Translations under genes and position numbers: made by a program
Source of the DNA: Gammaproteobacteria bacterium
Lineage (GTDB): Bacteria > Pseudomonadota > Gammaproteobacteria > DAOVJZ01
Assembly (NCBI GenBank): GCA_029882995.1
Contig: JAOUJV010000004.1
Location: 1-63,715, forward strand
DNA length: 63,715 nucleotides
Direction: 5' to 3'
Notes under the pieces: model-generated
Told to the model about the DNA's origin: nothing
Databases searched by the model: none
What the model saw: only the letters and a program-made list of their open reading frames with translations
Shown here: in pieces, positions 55,769-63,715 of the stretch
How the letters are laid out: every line of letters starts with the position of its first letter
Position numbering within the stretch: position 1 is the stretch's first letter

Positions 55769-57514
55769 TTCCCAGAAGTAAACTGCCTTTATCCCATTAC
55801 CTGATTCATTATATTTAAGTTCTGAGCAAAGTGATTTTACCAGAGCAATACCACGCCCGGAAAAAACATTGCTTTTCTTCTGTTCCTGATAAGAACCAAA
55901 ATCAAAACCTTTTCCGCTATCAAGATATTCAATAGAGAGTTTTCCGCCACCATCGACTGGCTCATGCGTAAGATTAATCCTTATAAAGCCATTATCCAGT
56001 GTTTCAAGTCGTTTTTGTCTGGTTTCATAGTATTCTGCAAAGCCTTCGGGACTTGTCTTTAATGTGCTGTCCATACCAAGCACACCATGCTCCAGTGCAT
56101 TGGAATATAATTCAGCAAGTATTGTGTATAACCGCCCTCGATGACTATACAACCCCTGTACCTCAAGAAGCACATGTAAAATTGCAGGCAATGGATCCAT
56201 GTCTTTCAGAATTTCTGGTCCTAGTTCAAATGAAACACTCCATTTGCAGGGCTCCTTGACATCACTGTTCTTCTTATATGACGATTTATTACTGACCAGA
56301 TTATTATCAAATGATACTTCTATAAGCGTTGTGTCATCATCCTGCTTTTTATTGCCTCGGAAATTATTTAGGCTATTGCTTATATCCTCAAACATAACAG
56401 CAGGATCAGTATTGTTAGCGAAACAAAGATCCAGCCTGTCTTCACCAAACATCACACCATTCTCATCAGTAGCTTCAATCAGGCCATCTGAATACAAATA
56501 AATCCTGTCTCCAGGTTCCGCATCCATAATCTGAATATCATTTTTAAATGAATTGCTGGAAACAACACCGAACGGAAGATGTATCGATTTAAATATCTTT
56601 TTGATTTCTTTTTTTGCTGAATAGGCGATCGCTTCAGGCACACCGCCATTCCATACGGAAATTTTATTGTTTTCGATATCCACATCAACAATACATGCAG
56701 CACAGAACAAACCTGTTGGTAAGGTTTTGTGAAGTTTAGCATTGATCTCGGTTGCTATATCCTGAATTGAATATCCCTTTTCAGTCATGCTATAGAATAT
56801 TTCAGCAACAGGCATGGCACCAATAGCTGCAGACAATCCATGCCCGGTAAAATCCCCCAGCATGATATGCTGTCCGCCCTTTGGTTTTGGTGATACCAGC
56901 AATATATCACCGTTAAATAGCGCCACGGGTGAAAGAAGATATTTGATATTGCTGACATTCAGGGTGTCAGACCTGATTATCCTCTTGAAAATACGCTCCG
57001 CAATTTCATGCTCGCGTTCTATATATTGTTGGTGATAAACCAGCTCGGCATGCTGTTCCTGCAATGTTGTATATATTTTTTTTACACGAAGTAATGCATC
57101 AATTTTTGATCTGAGGATTGTCCTGCTAAATGGTTTGGTAAGAAAATCATCACCGCCACTTTCAATACATTTAGCAAGCGCCTTCTCATCTGTCATTGCG
57201 GTTAGAAAAAAGATTGGTACAAACCGATCACCGACCAATGACTTGATGGATCGGGTCGCTTCATAGCCATCCATGACCGGCATCATGACGTCCATCAAAA
57301 TCAAATCAGGATTTTCCTTGTTAAATACCTCGATAGCTTGCTTGCCGTTTTCTGCCATCAAGACTGTGAATCCGTCCTTTTTCAGCATGGCATTCAAAAC
57401 CATACGATTCGTGACTTCATCATCAACGATGAGTATTTTCAGTCGTGCAATATCTACACTGACATCATCTAATACTTCATCACTTTCAGGTATGTTATTT
57501 TTTTCCGGCAACAT
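55763..57514 (-). CDS. three-domain response regulator: receiver + PP2C (SpoIIE/RsbU) phosphatase + RsbW-like HATPase kinase domain (HsbR/CrsR-like)
   Basis: 583 aa; REC (ILIVDDE...LILMDVMMPVMDG...FLTKPF), PP2C (GDFTGHGLSAAIGA...LYSDGLIEA...DDTTLIEV), HATPase (LYSNALEHG...DSGKGFDF...GRGIALV). Confidence 0.85.
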   Translation of the reverse strand: MLPEKNNIPESDEVLDDVSVDIARLKILIVDDEVTNRMVLNAMLKKDGFTVLMAENGKQAIEVFNKENPDLILMDVMMPVMDGYEATRSIKSLVGDRFVPIFFLTAMTDEKALAKCIESGGDDFLTKPFSRTILRSKIDALLRVKKIYTTLQEQHAELVYHQQYIEREHEIAERIFKRIIRSDTLNVSNIKYLLSPVALFNGDILLVSPKPKGGQHIMLGDFTGHGLSAAIGAMPVAEIFYSMTEKGYSIQDIATEINAKLHKTLPTGLFCAACIVDVDIENNKISVWNGGVPEAIAYSAKKEIKKIFKSIHLPFGVVSSNSFKNDIQIMDAEPGDRIYLYSDGLIEATDENGVMFGEDRLDLCFANNTDPAVMFEDISNSLNNFRGNKKQDDDTTLIEVSFDNNLVSNKSSYKKNSDVKEPCKWSVSFELGPEILKDMDPLPAILHVLLEVQGLYSHRGRLYTILAELYSNALEHGVLGMDSTLKTSPEGFAEYYETRQKRLETLDNGFIRINLTHEPVDGGGKLSIEYLDSGKGFDFGSYQEQKKSNVFSGRGIALVKSLCSELKYNESGNGIKAVYFWES

Positions 57515-57526
57515 TTTTTAAAATGA

Positions 57527-57832
57527 CTAACTGATATCAAAGAGCCTTTCAAAATTTGAAATAGAGAATATTTTCTTTATTTCACTATTGCATCCAGTTA
57601 TTGAAATGTTGGATTTATCTCCGCCTGCTCGCTCTCTTAGCAAAAGCAACATGCCTAACGCAGAACTGTCCATATAGTCAGTGCCTGACATATCAATTAA
57701 AAACGTGGTTCCCGTAGGGTTTTCCACCTGTTTATAGGCAGCACGAAATTCCTGATACAGATTAAAATCAAACCTGCCGTTTATATTGATGTTAACAACA
57801 CCGTTACCATCAATGCTTGTATCTAATGACAT
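57527..57832 (-). CDS. STAS-domain anti-sigma-factor antagonist (HsbA/CrsA/SpoIIAA-like)
   Basis: 101 aa; MSGTDYMDSSALGMLLLL contains the conserved phosphorylatable Ser context. Confidence 0.8.
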   Translation of the reverse strand: MSLDTSIDGNGVVNININGRFDFNLYQEFRAAYKQVENPTGTTFLIDMSGTDYMDSSALGMLLLLRERAGGDKSNISITGCNSEIKKIFSISNFERLFDIS

Positions 57833-57856
57833 TTTATTCTCCCTCTGAAGATTAAA

Positions 57857-59068
57857 CTAGAATAATTCAACATCCCCTTCATCCATTGAAGCCTGTTCCA
57901 CTGGCTTGTGGAACAATGGTTCCCATTTATTCCTTACTGTTACAACACAAACACGCAAGTCCTGAAGTTTCTCCTCAAGTTGTTTTGCATCCATATCTGT
58001 CGAGCTTGACAAGCTTTCAATGCAGTTACTAAACAACTCTTCAATTCGATCAATATGAGGGAAAGTATAATCAATAGTTTGTCTGACAATATCCTCAAAC
58101 TGGAGTGCACGCACAGCCACACCAACATCAGTATGAATCTTGTCTGCAACATCTGAAACCCTGCCCAGACTTGTTGCAATATGTTCATTCATGTCACGCA
58201 CACCTCCAAGCATGACATCAACACTGCCTTTGGCGCTAATGGCAACATTCAAATCCTTTGAGGCAACAGCACCAATAAGCGTGTGTGCACTGTCAATTGA
58301 TGACTTGGCGGCTTCAATACGTTCTCTTATTTCTTCATTGAATTTGGTTGAATGATGTGACAGCTTTCTTACTTCATCTGCCACTACCGCAAATCCACGC
58401 CCTGCTTCACCAGCACGAGCCGCTTCAATTGCTGCATTCAATGCCAGCAGGTTGGTTTGATCTGCGATTGCTTTCACATCTGTTAGCAAGGCAAAAATGC
58501 CGTCCATTTGTTCACCCATTTCATCCATGCGTTCTACTGCTTCAATACTTTGCTTGCTCATATCAACCATGATATTGACAAAGCTTTCCAGCACACCGCT
58601 GGTTTCATAAATAAATTCCTGAATTGAAACCTGTTTGCCGCTTTGATCTTCACCTACTTCACCTGATACTTTCTCAATCAGCGTGATCATTGAATCATGT
58701 AATTCTTCTGTCATGGAATTCAGTCCATGAAAACTGTTCGACAGATTTCCCACTGCATCGTGTATCACTTCTTTTGTGCGACTCAGTTCCTTGCGAATCG
58801 TCTTACCATCATCAATAACAACATCTTTAATATCACTAAACGCCTCAAAGACCTGAGTATCAATATCAATATGTTCATTTACATCATCTGATTTTTCATC
58901 CGTACTTGCCGACTTCAACGATTTCATTGAAAAGACTATCCAGACAACAATCGCAAAGGTCATTGGGACAATTTCATAGCCGCGAGCCATGCCGCCACCA
59001 ACCAGTGCCAGCGCAACCAGACTCACTGCAAGCGGTACCCAAATTTGTTTTATGATGTTTCGGAACAT
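57857..59068 (-). CDS. methyl-accepting chemotaxis protein, two N-terminal TM helices and no periplasmic sensor domain
   Basis: 403 aa; signalling hairpin [31 protein letters not shown]. Only a few residues separate the two TM helices. C-terminus ...EGDVELF. Confidence 0.85.
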   Translation of the reverse strand: MFRNIIKQIWVPLAVSLVALALVGGGMARGYEIVPMTFAIVVWIVFSMKSLKSASTDEKSDDVNEHIDIDTQVFEAFSDIKDVVIDDGKTIRKELSRTKEVIHDAVGNLSNSFHGLNSMTEELHDSMITLIEKVSGEVGEDQSGKQVSIQEFIYETSGVLESFVNIMVDMSKQSIEAVERMDEMGEQMDGIFALLTDVKAIADQTNLLALNAAIEAARAGEAGRGFAVVADEVRKLSHHSTKFNEEIRERIEAAKSSIDSAHTLIGAVASKDLNVAISAKGSVDVMLGGVRDMNEHIATSLGRVSDVADKIHTDVGVAVRALQFEDIVRQTIDYTFPHIDRIEELFSNCIESLSSSTDMDAKQLEEKLQDLRVCVVTVRNKWEPLFHKPVEQASMDEGDVELF

Positions 59069-59167
59069 GTTGTAATTTTTAGTAAATTTGCCTATTTAAA
59101 GAGGTATCGGTCGGTTTTTTCAAAGATTGAGCCATCTCTGGCCTAATTATCCATTTGATTAGAGATA

Positions 59168-60262
59168 CTATTTCTTTTTGTCGATTTCTTTAGATAAGCT
59201 TATGATTTTACTAGCTATTTTATCGAGTGGCAGTGCGATATCTGTTGCCCCGATTTTATATGCCTCCCCCGGCATTCCCCATACGACACTTGTCTTCTCA
59301 TCCTGCACCAGAGTTGGCCCTCCAGCCTCCTTGATTTCCTTCAGGCCTCGGGCACCGTCATCCCCCATCCCGGTCAGGACAACACCGACAGCATTTTTTC
59401 CCACATTCTGGGCTACTGAGCGGAACATGACATCAACAGCAGGGCGGTGTCGGTTAACAGGTGGGCCATCACTTAATTTGCAGACATACCGTGCACCACT
59501 ACGTTCAACTATTAAATGCTTGTCGCCCGGTGCAATATAGACATGCCCCGGTACAATTTGCTGTCCGTCTTTTGCTTCATAGACTGTCATTGCTGAACAA
59601 CGATCCATACGGCTGGCAAAAGGCCCGCTGAAAGCTTCCGGAATATGTTGTGTAATAACCGTGCCGGGACTGTCAGCCGGTAACGCCATTAACACTTCCT
59701 TGATAGCTTCAGTACCACCGGTCGATGCCCCAATTGCAATAATTTTATCCGTTGTTTTGAAATTACGGATAGTCCCTTTTTTCTCCAGAACAGCATCAGC
59801 AGAATATTTTGGTACTGTCTGAATTGATTCCTTTATCTTGGCCGGATCAATTGCCCTTACTTTTGCCTTTGAAGCGGTTTTTACCTTTTCAATAATTTCG
59901 TCAGCATAATTTTGAAGTGTATGAGCAAGATCAACTTTTGGTTTGGATACAAAATCAATCGCGCCCAGATCAAGCGCATCCAGCGTAACATCGGCACCTT
60001 TTTCGGTCAGACTGGAAACCATCACTACCGGCATGGGACGCAAGCGCATCAGGTTGCTCAAAAAAGTCAGGCCATCCATGCGCGGCATTTCTACATCAAG
60101 CGTCAACACATCAGGATTCAGTGTTTTTATTTTTTCTCTGGCCATATAAGGATCAGCCGCTGAGCCCACCACTTCAATATCGCGATCAGATGACAATATT
60201 TCTGTCAGCATTTTCCGAACCAGTGATGAATCATCAACTATTAATACTTTAATTTTACTCAT
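59168..60262 (-). CDS. cheB: protein-glutamate methylesterase CheB (receiver + methylesterase)
   Basis: 364 aa; REC (VLIVDDS...[13 protein letters not shown]) and CheB domain ([20 protein letters not shown]). Confidence 0.9.
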   Translation of the reverse strand: MSKIKVLIVDDSSLVRKMLTEILSSDRDIEVVGSAADPYMAREKIKTLNPDVLTLDVEMPRMDGLTFLSNLMRLRPMPVVMVSSLTEKGADVTLDALDLGAIDFVSKPKVDLAHTLQNYADEIIEKVKTASKAKVRAIDPAKIKESIQTVPKYSADAVLEKKGTIRNFKTTDKIIAIGASTGGTEAIKEVLMALPADSPGTVITQHIPEAFSGPFASRMDRCSAMTVYEAKDGQQIVPGHVYIAPGDKHLIVERSGARYVCKLSDGPPVNRHRPAVDVMFRSVAQNVGKNAVGVVLTGMGDDGARGLKEIKEAGGPTLVQDEKTSVVWGMPGEAYKIGATDIALPLDKIASKIISLSKEIDKKK

Positions 60263-60365
60263 ATGCTTCCATGTTAACCACGTAGTCTTTTTTGTAATTA
60301 TGATGTGTCAGCTGTACATCGATCTCTGCTTTTATGACAATCTTATAATGTAGTACTTCCCTCTT

Positions 60366-61022
60366 CTAGAAAAGTTCAACATTGCCCTCAACCGGCTTGT
60401 CTTCCAGATCATGCATGTAGGCACTTTCGCGTTGAATAATCGTATCGTTGTGCAGTGAGCGAAGTTTCTTGACCTTGACCTTGCCGGTTTCCGGAAAATA
60501 AATTACTTTTCTCGGATAAATATCACCCAGATCCGCAGTTACAAGCTTCAGTCCTTCCGTATTGATATAGTCTTTTACAAAATTAATATTACGCATACCT
60601 ACATCGGTCATTTGCGCCAGAATCCGGCCTCCGCCAAACACTTTAACTTCCAGATTTTCTCTTCTGCCACCATTTTTGAGAATATCGTTAATCATGTGTT
60701 CCATAGCATAATTGCCATAGCGAGTTGCCGCATTCAGACCGGTGCTCTTCCATGCGCCTGTACTAGTTGAATGTTCGACTGGCAACATAAAGTGATTCAT
60801 ACCACCCACTTTGGTTACGATATCTCTAATACAGGCTGACACACATGAACCTAGCACTGTTGCAATGGCCTCATTATTCATAGTTACATAATATTCACCC
60901 GGCAATATCTTGGCTGTATAGATGACATGCAACCTGTCCCAGTACCGATTGATATGCTCGAACCCACGTAAAGCACGCGGCATCTTTATGGTCGGGTGTT
61001 CCTTGCTATTCAGGAGTGACAT
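60366..61022 (-). CDS. cheD: chemoreceptor glutamine deamidase CheD
   Basis: 218 aa; GEYYV...ATVLGSCVSACIRD (catalytic Cys context), MNHFMLP, KVFGGG. C-terminus ...KPVEGNVELF. Confidence 0.85.
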   Translation of the reverse strand: MSLLNSKEHPTIKMPRALRGFEHINRYWDRLHVIYTAKILPGEYYVTMNNEAIATVLGSCVSACIRDIVTKVGGMNHFMLPVEHSTSTGAWKSTGLNAATRYGNYAMEHMINDILKNGGRRENLEVKVFGGGRILAQMTDVGMRNINFVKDYINTEGLKLVTADLGDIYPRKVIYFPETGKVKVKKLRSLHNDTIIQRESAYMHDLEDKPVEGNVELF

Positions 61023-61026
61023 AATG

Positions 61027-61866
61027 CTAGTCTGCCTTCCTCTGGTAAATCGTATTTCCGATCAATGAAAACTTGTCTGAAACACGATACAGGGATTCAG
61101 AATGACCAATAAACAAATGCCCGTCTGGCGCCATCAGTGAATGATAGCGATCAAATAATTGCCTCTGGGTCGGCTTATCAAAATAAATGACAACATTCCT
61201 GCAGAAAATAATGTCGAATGGACCTTTCATTGGCCACTCATGCATCAGGTTCAGTTTTTTGAAAGTAATCAGATTTTTTAAGTCATCTGCAACACGCACT
61301 TTATCAGCGTTATCACCACTCCCCTTCCTGAACCATTTGTTTAAACGTGGCTTGCTGATGCCATTTACACGTTCCTGTGTATAGATACCATTGCTCGCCG
61401 TTGCAACCACATTTGAATCCAGATCAGTTGCCAGTATCTTGATATCCCAGCCTCTGAATCCACTCATGTTTTCAAGCAACGTCATTGCAATGGTGTAAGG
61501 CTCTTCACCAGTAGAACACCCTGCTGACCAGATACGTATTTTTTTTGAATGGGCATTTTTCTGTGCAAGCGCGGGTAATACTTTTTGCGCCAGATATTCG
61601 AAATGATGTGGTTCCCTGAAAAAGGAAGTCAGATTTGTGGTAATGGCATTTGTGAACTGGATAAGCTCATCTTCGTGCTCATCTTCCAGTAAATTGCAGT
61701 AGTCCTGAAATTTATCTATATCCAGTGCACGCAGTCGTCTGGAAAGACGGCTATATACCATGTCCTTTTTAGCGTCTGACAGGTTTATGCCTGTGTGCTC
61801 GCTAACCAGTCCCTGGATCCGTTTGAAATCCTGATCCGTAAAATGAAAATCGCGCTCTTTAACCAA
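61027..61866 (-). CDS. cheR: chemotaxis protein methyltransferase CheR
   Basis: 279 aa; TNLTSFFREPHHF, IWSAGCSTGEEPY, IFCRNVVIYFD. GTG start. Confidence 0.9.
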   Translation of the reverse strand: MVKERDFHFTDQDFKRIQGLVSEHTGINLSDAKKDMVYSRLSRRLRALDIDKFQDYCNLLEDEHEDELIQFTNAITTNLTSFFREPHHFEYLAQKVLPALAQKNAHSKKIRIWSAGCSTGEEPYTIAMTLLENMSGFRGWDIKILATDLDSNVVATASNGIYTQERVNGISKPRLNKWFRKGSGDNADKVRVADDLKNLITFKKLNLMHEWPMKGPFDIIFCRNVVIYFDKPTQRQLFDRYHSLMAPDGHLFIGHSESLYRVSDKFSLIGNTIYQRKAD

Positions 61867-62253
61867 GTGTTCATCTCCAATCCCGGCCTGACAGGGTAGA
61901 AATTATTATTCTTCCCTCGACCTCACCTGGTCCCTGACCAGCGGCTTGTCTTTCTGTTTAGTGATTCCTGTTAACTTCCTGACTACTGAAAAACTCTCCA
62001 GCATGTCCCTAAAAACTCATCTATATAAGTCTAGCCGTATCTTTTGCCTTCTCAATATTTTTCAAGTCAAATCAGTCACTTTCTTGCATCGAATCAGACT
62101 TGCTATCTGAACTACCTTACTCTGAAGGTGTGACTGCCTTCCCTGAAACACGAGTCACCTTAATGAAATTATCGGAAATTTCCCCTGTATATTTACCACT
62201 GACTTTTTACGGAAACACGCTTTCGACCCGTGTTTTCATTCTATCAAAACAAC

Positions 62254-62278
62254 AAATCCCCCAGAATATGGGGGATTT
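62254..62278 (-). terminator. rho-independent terminator after the second MCP gene
   Basis: 9-bp stem AAATCCCCC / GGGGGATTT, 19 nt downstream of the stop, followed on the minus strand by GTTGTTTTG. Confidence 0.6.
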
Positions 62279-62296
62279 GCATCTATTTAGGCTAAT

Positions 62297-63562
62297 TTAG
62301 AATTCTGCCCATTCTTCGTCATGTGTTCCGGTTCGAGTAGCCGGACGTTTAGGTTCAGGCCGTTGTTCTGGCTCACTGTCATGCGATATGTCTTCTGATG
62401 CCTTCTTCCCGGTCTGGGGTCTTTTCATTAACCCACTCTGATTCGCTGCAGAATCATCAACCCTGAAGAACGAGATCTGCTGATTCAATTTCTGTGCCTG
62501 TTCTTCCATGGATTTACTGGCTGATGCGGCCTCCTCAACCAACGCCGCATTCTGCTGGGTCACTTCATCCATTTGCATCACTGCCTTGTTGACCTGATCA
62601 ATCCCGGTTGCCTGCTCTCTGCTTGAGGCAGTAATTTCTGCAATAATGTCTGTTACCTTCTTAACACTATTTACAATTTCTTCCAGTGTCTTGCCTGATT
62701 TATCAACCAGCTCACTTCCGTTCTTGACCTTGCTAACGCTGTCTTCAATCAGAACCTTGATCTCCTTGGATGACTCGGAGCTGCGTTGTGCCAGACTGCG
62801 TACCTCACTTGCCACAACAGCAAATCCGCGCCCCTGCTCACCTGCACGTGCTGCTTCAACTGCCGCATTCAGCGCCAATAAGTTAGTCTGGAAAGCAATT
62901 TCTTCAACGACACTGATAATGTCTGCAATCTTTGAGCTGGAGGTATTGATTTCACCCATTGCCGAGATTGCTTCACCCAGGACTTTACCACCTGACTCTG
63001 CCTGCTCACGCGTAGTAATGGCCAGCTGATTCGCCTGTGCTGCATTATCTGCGTTCTGTTTTACCGTCGATGTCATTTCTTCCATGCTGGATGCTGTTTC
63101 TTCCAGACTGGATGCCTGCTCTTCTGTACGTTGACTCAGATCCAGATTACCTTTTGAAATTTCAGTTGCCGCCAGTGTAACTTCGTTCGTGCTATCACGT
63201 ACAACACTGACTGTCTCCAGTAACTTTATTTTCATGTTATTTAATGCGCCAAGTAACATGCCGGTTTCATCTCTTGCGGTGATTTCAATACTTCCTGTTA
63301 AATCACCTTTGGAAATCTTGTCTGCCTCTTTAACAGCGACGTTAATTGGTTTAGTAATACGTGATGCCATATATAGTGACAGCGAAATCAGGATAAATGC
63401 TGAAATAAGCGTAATAATAATGATTGTGTTATCAGCAAAAACCACAGCAGCATCACCTGTTGCCTGCGATTCAGATTCACTCGTCTCAAAAAGCTCACTC
63501 AAGGCTTCCATTTCATCAGCTAGTGCATCGAAACTGGATTTGAAATCACCCATTTTAGCCAA
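62297..63562 (-). CDS. methyl-accepting chemotaxis protein (TM2-HAMP-signalling part; probably the 3' portion of a frameshifted longer gene)
   Basis: 421-aa ORF: TM helix ([20 protein letters not shown]), HAMP, hairpin [32 protein letters not shown]-terminal EEWAEF (xWxxF pentapeptide type). The ORF-track start is a TTG only ~45 aa before the TM helix. Confidence 0.8.
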   Translation of the reverse strand: MAKMGDFKSSFDALADEMEALSELFETSESESQATGDAAVVFADNTIIIITLISAFILISLSLYMASRITKPINVAVKEADKISKGDLTGSIEITARDETGMLLGALNNMKIKLLETVSVVRDSTNEVTLAATEISKGNLDLSQRTEEQASSLEETASSMEEMTSTVKQNADNAAQANQLAITTREQAESGGKVLGEAISAMGEINTSSSKIADIISVVEEIAFQTNLLALNAAVEAARAGEQGRGFAVVASEVRSLAQRSSESSKEIKVLIEDSVSKVKNGSELVDKSGKTLEEIVNSVKKVTDIIAEITASSREQATGIDQVNKAVMQMDEVTQQNAALVEEAASASKSMEEQAQKLNQQISFFRVDDSAANQSGLMKRPQTGKKASEDISHDSEPEQRPEPKRPATRTGTHDEEWAEF

Positions 63563-63714
63563 TGCGCTCGCTCTGTCCTTAAATGCCAGCTCAACAATAT
63601 TTTCTGATGCTTTAATAAAAGCGGATAGCGCCGGTTTGGTACTGGCAAGTCGTTGCTTGATTGTATCATTCAGTGGGAGCTCTTCATTTTCCTTTAGCTT
63701 GTCCCTGAATAATG
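63523..63714 (-). pseudogene. reading frame open to the window edge; probable periplasmic sensor part of the MCP in a different frame
   Basis: My translation: ...[38 protein letters not shown]..., with no stop from the window edge down to TAG 63522-63520. It overlaps the 5' end of the MCP ORF in another frame. Confidence 0.4.
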
Positions 63715-63715
63715 T

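Noticed and set aside
62211-62236. Second hairpin (GAAACACG / CGTGTTTC, 9-nt loop) downstream of the MCP terminator.
   Set aside because: No U-tract follows on either strand. It could be an RNA stability element or chance, and there is not enough evidence to annotate it.
62100-62300. 66-aa plus-strand ORF in the cheR-MCP intergenic region.
   Set aside because: It runs through two hairpins, including the MCP terminator. There is no ribosome-binding site, and its end overlaps the MCP stop. Most likely non-coding promoter/terminator space.
62646-63029. 127-aa plus-strand ORF inside the second MCP gene. Similar antisense ORFs occur at 58140-58572, 59178-59540, 53933-54318, 37976-38452, 36349-36768, 7313-7851 and 1762-2037.
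   Set aside because: All lie wholly inside longer opposite-strand ORFs that carry unmistakable family motifs. Their translations are low-complexity (S/T/L/I-rich) shadows with no start context, so I treated them as non-coding.

Overview
AT-rich chromosomal window of about 63.7 kb, transcribed almost entirely from the minus strand. It looks gammaproteobacterial (GlnRS and GluRS are both present, plus a Che system and a PEP-CTERM system), but that is inference only. Every family call comes from reading motifs in the supplied translations or in my own hand translations; no database search was run.

Four blocks:
(1) 1-9.8 kb, respiratory / NO-related. It holds a ba3-like (B-type) haem-copper oxidase: an unlisted 52-aa membrane protein, a CuA subunit II, and a subunit I in which the cross-link tyrosine is replaced (GHSSQQ). 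Around it are SCO1, a cytochrome b / 2x[4Fe-4S] / MvhD-like fusion, a DUF2249-NnrS-like fusion, a hemerythrin and haem A synthase. Two FNR/Dnr-type boxes sit at the same distance from -10-like hexamers.
(2) 9.8-12.9 kb: glnS and gltX.
(3) 13-54.5 kb, a large exosortase / PEP-CTERM exopolysaccharide region. It has four tandem paralogous secreted proteins and a fifth unrelated one, all ending in a VPVPAAxWLFGSGL...ARRK (VPLPA-like) sorting signal. Two of these genes have sigma-54 -24/-12 promoters preceded by a repeated TGT-N11-ACA dyad. The region also encodes a FadL-like outer membrane protein, two PrsT-like TPR lipoproteins, a WecA-like transferase, an exosortase-EpsI fusion and a long, very AT-rich glycan operon. 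That operon carries glycosyltransferases, acetyltransferases, a methyltransferase, a radical SAM/SPASM protein, Wzx, Wzy, a beta-helix protein, and an APS kinase with a degenerate ATP-sulfurylase-like domain. An EpsF / EpsG / ExeA-like ATPase module completes the region.
(4) 55-63.7 kb, signalling: an orphan OmpR-type regulator, a REC-PP2C-HATPase protein with a STAS partner (HsbR/HsbA- or CrsR/CrsA-like partner switch) in one gene string with MCP-CheB-CheD-CheR, and a second MCP that appears frameshifted.

I recognised no rRNA, tRNA, CRISPR array, transposase or integrase. By my count the printed sequence ends at 63714.
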